From Callorhinchus milii (taxonomy: Eukaryota), in assembly GCF_018977255.1 (NCBI RefSeq), contig NW_024704743.1:102426001-102490000 (forward strand): 64,000 nucleotides of DNA, in the 5' to 3' direction. This document shows positions 38,158 through 50,892 of this stretch, piece after piece. Numbering within the stretch: the first letter of the stretch is position 1; every line of letters starts with the position of its first letter. The notes beneath the pieces are model-generated. The model was not told where the DNA came from. It worked only from the letters and a program-made list of their open reading frames with translations, and did no database searches. A program made the translations under genes and the position numbers.

Positions 38158-38660
38158 GTGTCAACCTGGCTCAGTTGGTAGGACTCGCACCTCTGAATCA
38201 GAAAGGTTGTGGGTTGAAGCTCTACCTCACGTCTTTGAATTTTTGCAGTCTAGACTGACACTCCAATACAGTGCTGTCTTTCAGGTGACACATTAAACCA
38301 AGGACCCATCAGTGCCTTGGAACATCTTCCCAACGTGAAAGGCTCTATACAAACGTAATTTAATTGTTGTTGCACTTGAGGAGGTGCTGTCTTTCAGGTG
38401 ACATATTAAACCAAGGACCCATCTGGCTGTTCTTGTTGAACATTATTCCAGTGAAGTTGGAAATTGTCCAGGTCAAACAATTGTCCAGATACAATTGGTT
38501 ATTCACTTCTTGGCTGTTTGTGGGAAATTGCTGTGTGAAAATTGTCTCCTGTGCTTGCCTACAAAATTGCTGCACTTTACAGTAAACCCTGTGAAGAGCT
38601 TTGTGATGCTTTGACAGCATGTTAAAAGGCTATAACAAATGTAAGACTTATTATTTATTA
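38158..38660 (+). mobile_element. Old DeuSINE-like SINE interrupted by a short L2 tail (38311-38372)
   Basis: ggctcagttggtaggactcgcacctctgaatcagaaaggttgtgggttgaagc head, a duplicated 40-bp body segment and a Deu-like 3' part. Confidence 0.75.
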
Positions 38661-39914
38661 TTTTCTTGGGTTTCTCAGGCAGTCAGGTGAACCTCAACAG
38701 CGGTGGGGGTTTTCAGTTGTTGAAAGTTCCCGCTGTTTGTAAAGCTAAAAGAAAATAATATTCTTGAAAACTGTTGTTTCCTGTCAATATTTTGAATGAA
38801 CCACCAGGTGTGACAGCAGCATATGTTTTTTAAAAAAATGGAGGATGAGAACAAAAGACTGGAAATCTGATGTGTTTTATTTTTTAACAGCAAGTTTGAA
38901 CTTTGCTCTTGCTGTTGGAACAAATTTCGTTTTACAAGCTTCCCTTTTCCCATAAGTGCTGCTTGAATGAATATTGGATTATACTCTTTCAGCACATTTT
39001 CCATAGAAAGTTCCTTTTTATTGTACACTCTTGACTCAGCTGTTACTGACTCTTGTGGATCTTGTACAACTTTCTTAACTCTCTGGATTGTATTTTGTTG
39101 CTCAATGTGTTTGATAAATCTCTATTGTTAGCTCAGGAGCACAAAGATACCAGTATAGATTGTAACATAATAGCAATAATAAATGAGGGAAAGTATTTTT
39201 CCTTCATTTACTTGCTGCTGCTCAATCTGCTGTATTTGTTTAAAATATTAAGTGTTTCTGATCAGCCAGATGTCTGACACATGCAGAAATCCATCACTTC
39301 GATTATCTAAACCAAGCTACTGGGGATTCCACATAAATATGATTATCACTTATCAGGCACTTCTCCCTAAAAAGACGTAATTCTAGAGTATTAGGTGCAT
39401 GTTGGCAATAGCCTAGATTTGGGGAACCCAGAGTGTATAGCGGGGTATTGCTAGAGTTTAACCTGCTAAAACTAGACAGGTTGGGATTGTGAACACTGAC
39501 AAGAGTCCTGCTATAATAGATTCCAAGGCCCTTTTTGAACCTTATAGAACCAGAGGAGTGGAACAATGCTTGATCAGGATGTCAGAGGTTTTATTATTCG
39601 AAGTTAATGAGGGGTAACAAAGTGATTGTTCACAACACGATTCATTAAATAGCAACTCAGAGTCACTAATGAAGAATCCTGCCAGTAATTGGTAGTATGT
39701 CACAGCCACCATGTGAAAATCTCAAAATCTACTAAAAACACTTCAGAGCAGGGATCCTGTGAGTCAATCAGTCACTGACAGGTTTCTTTGACACACACTG
39801 TTAGAAGATCCTGTTTGCAAACCATTTTGTTAACACCTAAAATGCAGATAGAGAAAGGAAACTTTCAGAAATCTAACTTTTGATTTATAGTCATGTGGCA
39901 ATAAATAAGGACAA

Positions 39915-40280
39915 CAATAATAATAATAATCCTTGGATTTGATATTGGACTTGATCACATCATCAAAATATCTCTCAATGCACTTCACTGATTTAGTGTA
40001 AGTGCAGAGACTGTGTATTTGAAGGCTAATATAGCAGCCAATTTGCAATGTCCCACAAACAGATATGAAGTGAATGACTTTATTTATCTGGAGAATTGTT
40101 GGCCAAGAGACCATGAGAAACTACCTTCTCTTTTTAATTAGTGTCCTTGAATATTTAATGTTCACCTGACCAGGCAAGCAGGACTTTGGTTTACTGTTTC
40201 AACCAAAGGATGGCACATCCAAAAATGCAACTTTGGCATTGCATTGGAGTGTGAGCCTAGACTGTAAGCTCCAAGTCATT
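39915..40280 (-). mobile_element. Old DeuSINE-like SINE
   Basis: (aat)n-ccttggatttgata...gcagccaatttgca...ttgttggccaagagaccatgagaaac...gcattggagtgtgagcctagac. Confidence 0.7.
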
Positions 40281-41147
40281 AGAATTAGGTCAAGAATTTG
40301 GGAGAATGAGATAATGCTATGGAGTGTTCTCTCCATTTGCAAGTGTGACAGAATTTTAAAAATTATGTTCTTGTTTAATCAATGTCTTGAATCACCTTTA
40401 TATCCCTTTACTCAAACTCGGTACAATATGAAAGATCACCATATTTCTTGATGTACTTGAAAAACAAATTCTATCGGGAGCTTCAATTCCTTTCACTCGG
40501 TATTAATGTTTTATTGCCTAGTGGTGAAGATCTTTTTTATTTTAAATACAAAACTATATGATGTTTTTGAATAACTCTAATTGTTATTTTATTAATTACT
40601 GCATGATTACCATTCTTTTAAATTACTTTTAGCTTCTCGGTTTATTGTTTGCTGTGCCACACGGCAGAAAAGACCATTATAAAAAGAAAAAAATCATGAA
40701 TATTTATTCAAACTGTGGAACAATTAAGTCTCCCAGTTATATATATTTTGTTCATATTTCCCTAAAGAACAGTGCTTATATTTACTCATTAAGATAATTA
40801 AAAGCTTCATTATTCTTTCTCCTAAACTACAATGTAGAACATATTCTCCAAATCACTGCATTGCTAGTTTGTTTTTCTTTTTGATTGAATATAAACTGAG
40901 CCCTTTATTGTAATAGGAAATATTATAGAGAAAGACTGTTGTTGAACTTTATGGCGCATTACCACCTTAGATTTATAAAGCAGATGTTATTATGTTATAA
41001 TGTTAATGGATATGAGGCAAACATTGGAAAGTGAGATTAATAACAAAAAGGGCAACTTAACAAAACAGATACAGCAGTTTTGATAGATAAAGATAAAATA
41101 GCTTGAATGGAGATGCCTTTCTGTGTGACAGTAGTGCATCTTGTGTG

Positions 41148-42300
41148 TACCTGGCTCAGGTGTACACTCTCACCTGAGTCAGAAGGTTGTAGGTTCAAGG
41201 CCCAGGTCAAACTTGAGCTCAAAGTCTCGGATAATACTCTAGTGCAAATGCTGAGGAGTGCTACATTAACGGTTGTCAATCAGATGAGACATCAACAACA
41301 ACAACAACAAGATTCCATTTATAGAGCGCCTTTCACGTGGGGAGGACGTCCCGAGGTGCTGTACAGTTGGGTCAGGACCCGAGCAGGGGGGAAATGGTCA
41401 GGGTGCGGGAAGGGAAGGGAGGGAGCGAGGAGGGGGTAGAGAGTCGAGAGGGGAGCTGAAGGCACGGTCAAAGAGAAAAGTCTTGAGACCAGCTTTGAAG
41501 GAGGAAAGGGAGGAGGCAAGGCGAAGGCACTGGGGTACAGAGTTTCAGAGCCTCGGGGCTGAGAGGCTGAAGGCCCGACCACCGATAGTAGGGCGGTTGG
41601 GGCGGAGGATGTGGAGCAGACCGGAGCCAGAGGAATGGAGGGTACGGGCAGGTAGGTAGGGGGATAGTAGGTCAGAGAGGTAGGAGGGAGCAAGGCCGTG
41701 AATGGCCTTGTAGGTGAGGATGAGGATCTTGAATTCGATCCTCTGGGTGATGGGAAGCCAGTGGAGGCGAGCGAGGGTGGGAGTGATGTGGTCGCGAAGC
41801 CTGGTGCGGGACAGTACACGAGCTGCAGAGTTCTGAATGACCTGCAGCTTGTGGAGGGAGGTGCCGGGAAGGCCGGCGAGGAGAGAGTTCCCATAGTCCA
41901 GCCTTGAGGTGATAAAGGCGTGGACCAGAGTTTCAGCAGTGTGAGGGTTGAGGTAGTGCCGTAGTCTGGCGATATTTCGGAGGTGATGGAAGGCGGTGCC
42001 AGTTGTGGCGCGGATATGAGGAAGAAACCAAATGATGGTCCCATCAGTCTGTTCAGATTGGAGTTAAAGATCCTGCAGCACTATTTGAAAAGAGATGGGA
42101 GTTTGACTGGCAAATCCCTCAGACAAAATTGATCCTTATCTTCATGGCTGTTTGTGGATCATTGTTGTGCACAAATTGGCTGTCATTTGTTTGTCTACAA
42201 ATACATGGTAACTATATATGACAGTAAATCCTGTGAGGTGCTTTGAAACATGTCAATGACATGATTAGGAGCTACATCAAATGGAAGAGTTATTCTGATT
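41148..42300 (+). mobile_element. Old DeuSINE-like SINE split by an L2 insertion
   Basis: The head cctggctcagg...ctcacctgagtcagaaggttgtaggttcaag...cagatgagacat breaks at ~41292 and resumes at ~42035 with ggtcccatcagtctgttcag...taaagatcc. Confidence 0.72.
41293..42030 (-). mobile_element. Young L2, longest 3' portion in the window
   Basis: Translates [54 protein letters not shown]...QNSAARVL...LHWLPITQRIEFKIL... with a W-to-TGA stop near 41545. (aac)n tail at 41293. Confidence 0.93.
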
Positions 42301-43184
42301 GTCTGAACAAAATGGACAGATAGACCATCAAAAGGATTCTCCCTTCATCAATATATCTACTGATCTTAATTCTGTGAACTTACAATGTGAGAATCCAATT
42401 CTAAGAGTTTGCATTTACCATCAGGGAAAATCAGCATCTCATAGTTTTATGGGACCACATAAATAGAATTATATAAATTCTGTCATAGGGCTGTTTTTAT
42501 AGTGGTTCAAAAGATATCTGTGTAAGAAAACACTACAATCATAACACTTTTAACAGTCTACGTGTGATAGAAAGGGATCAATCACGCTCTGTTATGAGTC
42601 CGTGTGAGAGACGTTGATCTGAAGTATAAGGACAAGTTAATAGCTTCTGCTATTTAAAAGAAAGAAATCTGAAGTTATAACAAGTGCTCTGTGCACTGTG
42701 AGCAGTGTTTACAAGAACATACCAACTCAATCAGAATCTATTCCTTTGTAGTTTTGGACATCTAGAAATGATAACATTGCAATTGATAAGATGCCTCATC
42801 ACATTGTCACAAAGACTCTAAAAGCCCCTTCTCATCCATACACAAGGTGCGGACCATCCAGAACTCTGCAGTCCGTGTCCTCTCCCACAAATGGCTCCAA
42901 AGCCTATCACAAACATCTTCAAACTCCCCTGACTCTCCATTCCCTCTGAATTAAATTCAAGATCCTCAACCTCTCTTTCAAATCCCTTCCCTGTTGTGTC
43001 CCACTTTATCTCTGTGAAATCCTGTGACCCCACTGCACTGGCCAATCTCTCCATTTAACAAAGATTGGCTGGTTGCACATTCCATGCTCACATCCTATCA
43101 TTGGTGGTGAACTTTTCAACCCTCAATTCACTTTACAGTATATTCTGTGAAGCACTGAGATGTCTCAACAACGTGATGAATAGT

Positions 43185-44070
43185 TGCGACCCCCCCAGTC
43201 CCCTAATGTTCTGTCAGCTTGTCTGTCGGACATCAGGAGCTGGATGAGAGCAAATTTCCTTCAGTTAAACGTCAACAAGACAGAAACCATACACTTTGGC
43301 TCCTGCCAACATCTTCTGTCCCATGGTTCCGACCTCCTCAACCTACCCGACCTGTCTTTAAAACTCTCTGAACCTGTGCACAACTTAAACGTCAGGTTCG
43401 ATCTCCAGTTATCTTCCTCCCCCACGCCCAGTCCCTGACCAGCACCGCTTTCTTCCACCTCCGGCACATTGCGCGTCTCTGACAATACCTCACCCCAAAA
43501 GCTGCCGAAACCCTTGTCCATGCCTTTGCCACCTCTCGGCTGGTCTACTTGAATGCCCTCCTCACCGGTCTCCCGTACTCCACTATTCACAAAATTCAGC
43601 TCATTCAAAACACCGCCGCCCGCATTCTCACCCGCACCAAACGCCGTACCCCGATTACTCCAGTCCTTGCCAAACTCCACTGTCACAGAGCGGATCGATT
43701 TCAAGATCCTCACTCTAGTGTTTAAATCCCTCCATTCCTTGGCACCCCCTAACTCTCTAACCTCTTCTCTCCCCACAGCAGTACCTGCTGCCTCCGCTTT
43801 ACTGGGTCCGGCCTCCTCTGAGTCCCCAAATTCTCCGTTCCACCATCAGTGGCTGTGCCTTCAGCCATTACACCCCGAAGCTTTGGAACTCCCTCCCTCA
43901 ACCTCTTCACCTCGCCCCCTCCTTCCACATCTTTAGGTCGCACCTGAAGATCTTCTTTTTCGACCGTGCCTACGGTCACCTTCCCCCTCCCTCTGGCTCG
44001 CCTTGGGCTCCACCATTGTTAAGCGCTCTGAGATGCTGCTCAGCGTGGGAGGGCACTATATAAGTGCAAA
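43185..44070 (+). mobile_element. L2 (second family) RT C-terminus and 3' end, frameshifted
   Basis: Reads [47 protein letters not shown] and [20 protein letters not shown]. The tail is aagcgctctgagatgctgctcagcgtgggagggcactatataagtgcaaa. Confidence 0.9.
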
Positions 44071-44077
44071 TTATGCA

Positions 44078-44310
44078 CGGCGAAACCTTGAGCAAGTTTC
44101 CTTACTCCACACGCCTAATAATAATCCCTCCAAACCAAAACAATAATAAATTGGTCATTTTCAATCTACGACTGTTTGTGGGACACTGCTGTGCGCAATT
44201 GGCTGCCGCGTTCGCCCACAAATATACAGTCAATTCACTTTACAGTGTATTCTGTGAAGCACATTGGGACGTCTAGAAGCGCTATATCAAATGCAAGGAT
44301 TATTATTATT
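44078..44310 (+). mobile_element. Young SINE lacking its tRNA head
   Basis: ggcgaaaccttgagcaagtttccttactccacacgcctaataataatccc...(tta)n. Confidence 0.88.
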
Positions 44311-45160
44311 AAATTGTTGTTGTTGATTAGGCACTATATCAAACGTGAGGATTATTATTATTTATTCTGTCCTTGCTCACTGGATTTCCATGCAAATGAC
44401 AGAATCAAGCTAGCCCTCTGTGGTAGTCTCTTCAGTAAGGCTAGTCCGCAGTTTATGGGCACCACTGATGACAGCACTGCAGGACCTGGAAGGGCAGACC
44501 ATTTATTGGGGGCAGGGAGTTATCCCACACAGCTCCTGCAAGCCAAAACACTAATGGGTAGGGTGGTCAAAGCTGAACAAGCAGCGGGAAAGCTTGCCAG
44601 ACACCAATATCACTGGCACGCTATGTGGTTTCAGCTGGTTATACTCCAACAGTACTCCAACCACACTCTGGGGTCTCCAAACCTTGTCTCTTGCCAACCT
44701 GGGCTTAATACTTTCTGAAATTAACTAAGCAGTATGCATCCCTCCAGGAAGAGAGTGCGCATTTCATTCCAACAATCTATCTCCAGGATTTCCACGATGC
44801 ATGGAAATCTCAACCTGGTTTGGATAATTTTAAGCATGGTGATGGATTTCCACACGAGTCCTTTCTCTTCGACCGGCTCGGAGTCAGGCTCCGCCACTGT
44901 TAAGCGCTGTGAGATGCTACTCTGCGTGTAGGGCGCTATATAAGGGCAAGTTGTTGTTGTTGTTGTTGTTGTGTCAAACACCCAGCTGAGCAAAAAAAAA
45001 ATTCCGTCCAGGAGTCCCTCTACCTCGAACCCTCACTTCCTCCCTGGCCTGCTTCCATGCTCTACTGTACTATAGAATTTGATCTAATTTGAGGAATGGC
45101 ACTTGTTTAATGTATAGGATGATGCCGGTCTCCATGGAAACAAAATTCACTCTCTTCAGA

Positions 45161-46018
45161 GAAGTGGATTGTGTATTAGGCAGCACTGCTTTGTTACCAA
45201 ATGCCGCACACAACGGATTACAATGCAGGATAGTAGCACTAGTTTAGGCACAGTGAATAAGATGCACAGTATCCACTCTCAGGATTGTGTATGTCAGAGC
45301 TGACAAAACACAGAGAGGAGTGAAAAGTAAACAGAAAAATTTGGAAGAGATAGAAATTAAGCAGAAGTATTCTAAGCTTTGGTATGAGTGAAGCACAATT
45401 GTGCAGTGTGTTCCTGATGCCTGTGTCCAGTTTAAATTCGGATGCTAATTTTGCTGCGAATTTTGCTGAAAACTACCATCTATACACTATTGAGGAGATC
45501 AAATCATAAAATAATCCATACTTTCTAATGCATCTATCATGATTGACCTTTTTAAGAGCTATTCAATGATATCTAGTGCATGAAGGCGTAACTCATCATG
45601 CAGACTAATTGGGTTATGAATAGTAGCTAAACTAATCAAACCTGCCTTTTTGATCCGTGGTTCTGGGATCCTTCGAATGAAATGTGAAATATATATGACG
45701 GTATATCACTTTACAATGTCAAGTCTCCATTTTGCTATTCTTGTATTCGGCTGTATGAAGAGTGAGTTTTGTGTGCATATCAGATGCAAAGATTATTATT
45801 ATTATTACATTTGAGATATCACTATCAAGCATTTTAATTTGTTGATTTATTGTTGCCTTTCGAACTTGTGATTTGTCAGCTCTGACACATACAGTCCTGA
45901 GAGTGGGTAATCTCCAACTTACTCACTGTGCCTAAACTAGTGTTACTATTCTGCATTGTAATCCATTATGTGCCGCATTTGATTACAAAGCAGAGCTGCC
46001 TAAGGCACAATCCACTTC
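45161..46018. repeat. Long inverted repeat (arms ~45161-45312 and ~45867-46018), possible non-autonomous TIR DNA transposon
   Basis: The arms align without gaps, about 19 mismatches over ~146 nt by hand count. No TSD seen. Confidence 0.85.
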
Positions 46019-47144
46019 AATACATCCATAAAACTGAAAGCACAAACGTGACTACAGTAAATAAATAATTTGTGCATTGGATATAGTCCCTTTCACACAG
46101 GAGAATGATTCAAGGAACTTCACAGGATTCACTGTAAACTGTAGTGACCGTATATTTTTGTATGGCAACATGACTGCCAATTTACAAACAGCAAAGTCCC
46201 ACAAAGTCATGAACACCAGGAGAAACTCCCTTCATGGTTCATGCGGGAAAAAATTTCACTGCAATGACCTGCTCTGCACCTCCACCCTCCACTAAGACAA
46301 CCTACTGGTATTCTCTACTAACGGCCACTTGGGCAAATTGCTGTACGTCTGGTGTCTGTGCAACAGTACGTCCATAGGATGCAACAACTTCAAGAGAGGA
46401 GAGGAAAAGATTTAAAGAGAAGAAAATGTAGTCTTGTGCACATGATATTGTAAGTTCCACAATCCTATGATATTTAATACACTATTTTGCATCAGAAGTA
46501 TGCAAGAGGAAAATGAGGTGAGAGAATAATTAATGCACAACTTGCACAAACCGATGGAAATGGGAAATTCACCAAACCTCCCCTTCAAAGTTAACATAAT
46601 TTTATTGCAAATTAAGTAAGGATACCAAAGAAAGACAACTAGTTCATCTCAGTATGTGTTAACACAGAACCTCATGTGCAAAGGTTACCTCCTTGAAATG
46701 GTGAGAATTCATTTGAAATGTGTTGAGATAGCTGCTTTCTGACCTAACAGGAAGGTAATGAAATTTGCTTATATAAGGCCTACGTTTATCACAATTCTTT
46801 CTTGCGTGAGGTGTGACTGATTGCAGTTTTCCAATTTGCTGTTGCATACGCATTACTCTGGGTGCTTTTTAATGACTGATGTTTGGCCCCCGCCTCAAAA
46901 TATATTAATGGAGTTATTTTTCATCGCATAAAGACCAAGAGTCAAAGTAATTAATTATATCAGTGAGCGCACTTCATAAATGTCACATAAATTGTGAAGC
47001 ATTTGGAGACGTTTCGATTTATAGGTGCAAGCATTAATGTGTGTTGAAACTACTGCTTGGCTGATTCATTCAAAATGAACCGAAAAACAAGTAAATGTTC
47101 AAAAGAAGGTTTACTGATGACAAAGATAGATAAATACAAATTGT

Positions 47145-47444
47145 TGTCCTGTAGCTCAGGATTGCAAGCGAGAGACCTGGGTTCGATTCGCGGCAGGGCG
47201 AAATCTTGGGCAAGTTTCCTTACTCCACACGGCTGATAATAATCCCTCAGGAAAAAACAAATAAAATAAAAATATGGTCACTCAATCCATGACTGTTTGT
47301 GGGACACTGCTGTGAGAAATTGGCTACCACGTTTCACCTACAAGTATACAGTCAATTCACTTTACATTATATTGTGTGAAGCGCTTTGAGATGCTGAGAA
47401 GACATGAAAAGCGCTATATTAAATGCAAGGATTATTGTTATTAT
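47145..47444 (+). mobile_element. Young SINE with a small head deletion
   Basis: gtcctgtagctcaggattgcaagcgagagacctgggttcgattcgcggcagggcgaaa...aaatgcaaggattattg. Confidence 0.88.
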
Positions 47445-48699
47445 AAGTAAATCCAAAATGCACTAAAGATGACTACTTCAAATTGCAATGATTGTAATTA
47501 GGTGGGTTTACTGAGTTTACTCCCTGGGAGATGTGGAAAATGAAACCAGAAAATAAAATAACATATTAAAAAAAGTATTTTAAGGTATTTCAGAAAACCT
47601 GTTAAAATGTTACTCATAATACCTTATCCATTTAATGGGGTTTAGTTTTGCTAAATGTCAACATTCTCTGTCATTCTTTTACAAGCCCTCTAGGAGCTAC
47701 CCTGCGTGAGGGACGATATGTAAATGCAAATCAGTTTCAGATAACACATTGTTACTAAAAGAAAATCTAATGATAAAATAACTATTCTGCGTGACTTATA
47801 AAACCGTGTCTTTCATATAAAGGAACCACAAAGTGATTGATATTAATGTCAGCTAGATAATTGAAATATTACAACAACAATTAGTATTTATATAGCACTC
47901 CTTACATGGATGCAGAATCAAAGAGGAAGAGTGGGAGGAGTGTTTAACAAATAGATTCTTGGAAAGTGGAGTCAAAAGATTCAACAGGCCAAATCATCTA
48001 CTCCTATTTCTACAAGAGAAATGATAATAGAAAGATGTAGGCAAAGAGAGGCGAGTGAAATTACAATGTTCCAACCTTTATAGCTTTTGATACATTTCTG
48101 TAAAAACAACTTATCCTAGATGCTTGACATATAATTAATTATCTTGGGGGCGTGACTCTTGGAAGAGATTGAAAGGATTTTGTCAATCTTTTACAATTAG
48201 CCTTTTTATTGGACACAAATCTAACCTTTCAGCAGTCACTTTTCAGGCAAATAAAACCAGGTTTTAAAAATGTTATTCCTGCCTATCAAAAACTTGGCAG
48301 CTGGAAGAGAGAAGAAAGAATAATTGATTGCTTTTTCCTCCTCCAATTTTATTCTGTTTTTCTCCTGGCAGCATTTAGCTTCATTTTCCCTCTAATGAAA
48401 TATGGTTCCCATGTACAGGTCACCCATTGATACTTAATACCAATGTCCCTTATTCATGTGCGAAGCTTTGATAGTGAATGTTGGGAAGGCTATTTTCCTA
48501 TGGGAAGCATTGCAAGCTGAGCTCAATCCTGTCCACAGTGCATATACATAGCTGTGTACCTTCCAGTAGGAGGCGCTGTTTATGATCAGGACATGGAACC
48601 CTGTCTGACTTTTCTTCTCTTGCCTTTGATCTCTGTCTTTATGGCCAGTTCTCACCAGTTGCTACCCTTGTACCCTGCCCAAGTGGCCATTGTGAGCAG

Positions 48700-48970
48700 T
48701 GTGAAGGTTAATAATGTCGGGAGGCCACTGACCTACAGAGGGCATCCCACCCAAGTTTAACCTCTCCACACTTCACTGCCATATATACACATCCACTAGA
48801 GGGTGCTTTAGACTCAAAGGGACCCAGCTATTTTCCTCTCCCTAACTTTGTAAGTTGAAAGGCTGAAGCCAATTTAGTTACCCCAAGCAGCTCTGGCTGA
48901 GATCCTCAAACTCAGCACAGATCAGCATTCAAACTCTTGGTTTGTAAGCTGCAGCTTTATCCAATATACC
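48700..48970 (-). mobile_element. LF-SINE-like ancient SINE relic
   Basis: The reverse complement has tctgtgctgagtttgaggatctcagccagagc...ggcttcagcc...ttagggagaggaaaatagctggg...caccctctagtgga. It is similar to 55630-55860 and to the LF-SINE body as I recall it; not database-checked. Confidence 0.45.
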
Positions 48971-50038
48971 AATAGTGTTGCTCCTCTGGTTGTAATTTAA
49001 GAGTTAATAAAGTGCTTTCTGGAAGACAAAAAAGCCTTTGAATTGCAATCTTGCATTGAGGAGTTTCCTTGTGGTTTATCAGTGAACAAGGCGAAAAGGG
49101 TAGACAGAAAGTGCAGGGTAAAAAGGCCTATGGGATCCAAAACACAGAGTATATTTCTGTAACAATATTATGTCATGTGTTGAACTCTGTTCGTGGGAAT
49201 TACTTGCAAGATGATAAATGAACTGTTTGATTGCTGCTAATGCAACTTGTGCTCCAGCCATATCTGGGGAATGATTTATGCTAAATACTAACACAACAGC
49301 AAGTGCTCAACATCCACACTGAGACCAGAAGATAGTCAGATTTTGTGTAATTGTGATGAGAGTTGATTGTGGGCTGAAAGAGGATATTTATGTCAATTTA
49401 CTATATTTCCTGCCATTTGGTGCGATATATTTTTAGATTTTTCTCAGCAAAATAATTTACATTAATCAGAGTATCAGTATACCAATGGTAACTCAGTTTA
49501 TTATATGGGAGCATTACTTTGTGCACAAAATGAAATTAGTTAAGGTTATGAGCAAATAAATAACCTGCAAATATACTGTATTCCTAAAATGGATAGATGT
49601 TTTCTTTTAAAATAAGGCAAACTCAAATCAAATTTGAGGTAACCATAGTCTTAGTCTGAAATTATTTGATGATACATTATTATATTATCATATTTGATGT
49701 GTCTACAATTTAAAATGTATCTGATTAATTTAATATACCAAGTTCCAAAGATTATTACATACATAAAATTACATATGGCCTGAAATTCCACTTAGTATTA
49801 ACCCATAAAAGCTTTTAGTCCTAAAATATAAGACCTTGCAGAAATGTGGAAAGTTCTTAAATTCAGTCTTTGCTTGAAAGCTAGATTTACTCAACTCTTA
49901 ATAAATAAAAGACTCCTAAAGTAAGATGAATCCAATCTCAAATTTCCAGTCAAAATTGTTTCTCAACATAAGACTTTGTGGTATCCTGGATGCGAGGAAT
50001 CTACAGCACACAGGCCATTCAGCCCAACTCGTCTGGAT

Positions 50039-50252
50039 TATAATAATAATAATAATAATCCTTGCATTTGATATAGCGCTTTTCACTTCTTCTAGACGTC
50101 CCAAAGCGCTTCACAGAATATACTGTAAAGTGAATTGACTGTATATTTGTGGGCGAACGCAGCAGCCAATTGCGCACAGCAGTGTCCCACAAACAGTCGT
50201 AGATTGAAGATAACCAATTTATTATTGTTTTGTTTTGGAGCGATTATTATTT
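50039..50252 (-). mobile_element. Young SINE 3' portion
   Basis: (aat)n-ccttgcatttgatatagcgc...gcagccaattgcgcacagcagtgtcccacaaacagtcgtagattgaa. Confidence 0.9.
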
Positions 50253-50793
50253 TGCCAATTGCTGTAGCTTGAAGAGTTAATTCAGAATGAAGATGCAAGG
50301 CAATGAATTCTTCAAAAGCTTTATTATAATTAAAGGAAAAACATAAATGATCTATGCATCTGGATGAAGAAGTAATTTATTACTAACCATGAGCTGAACC
50401 ATTTGTCTTTGTCTCAGCTGCTCACTCTGTCATCTGGCTCTCTCCGACTACCAGTTCTCTGTTACTATGGAAAATATGCCAATCATGATTTCAAGAACAG
50501 CCAGAGTCAGATCCACCCTGGGTTTCCAAACTAATGCTGTATTCACTGCACCAGTACCACTGATGTCCATTGAGATCTGAGCTGAGAAAATACACAGTTT
50601 CAACTCGATTTCATAACAACTACTCTACAGGATCACAGCATCTCAAAGTCTTTCTGATGAGATGTTAAATCAAGGTTCTGTTTGCCTCTTTAGTTACAAA
50701 ATACACCATCACTCCATTTTACAGTAAAATCCCCTGAAGCACTTTGAGATTTTTTAACAATATTATGAGATGCTATAAGAAATGCAAGGATTA

Positions 50794-50821
50794 TCTTCTA
50801 TCTGTATTAATAAAACGACAA

Positions 50822-50892
<71 letters not shown>

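Noticed and set aside
41319..42044. 241-aa ORF (and the similar 12653-13048, 12708-13268, 795-1034 and 43261-43776 ORFs) as novel proteins
   Set aside because: These are alternative or antisense frames of the C-rich L2 3' region, which is naturally poor in stop codons. The recognisable frame is L2 ORF2.
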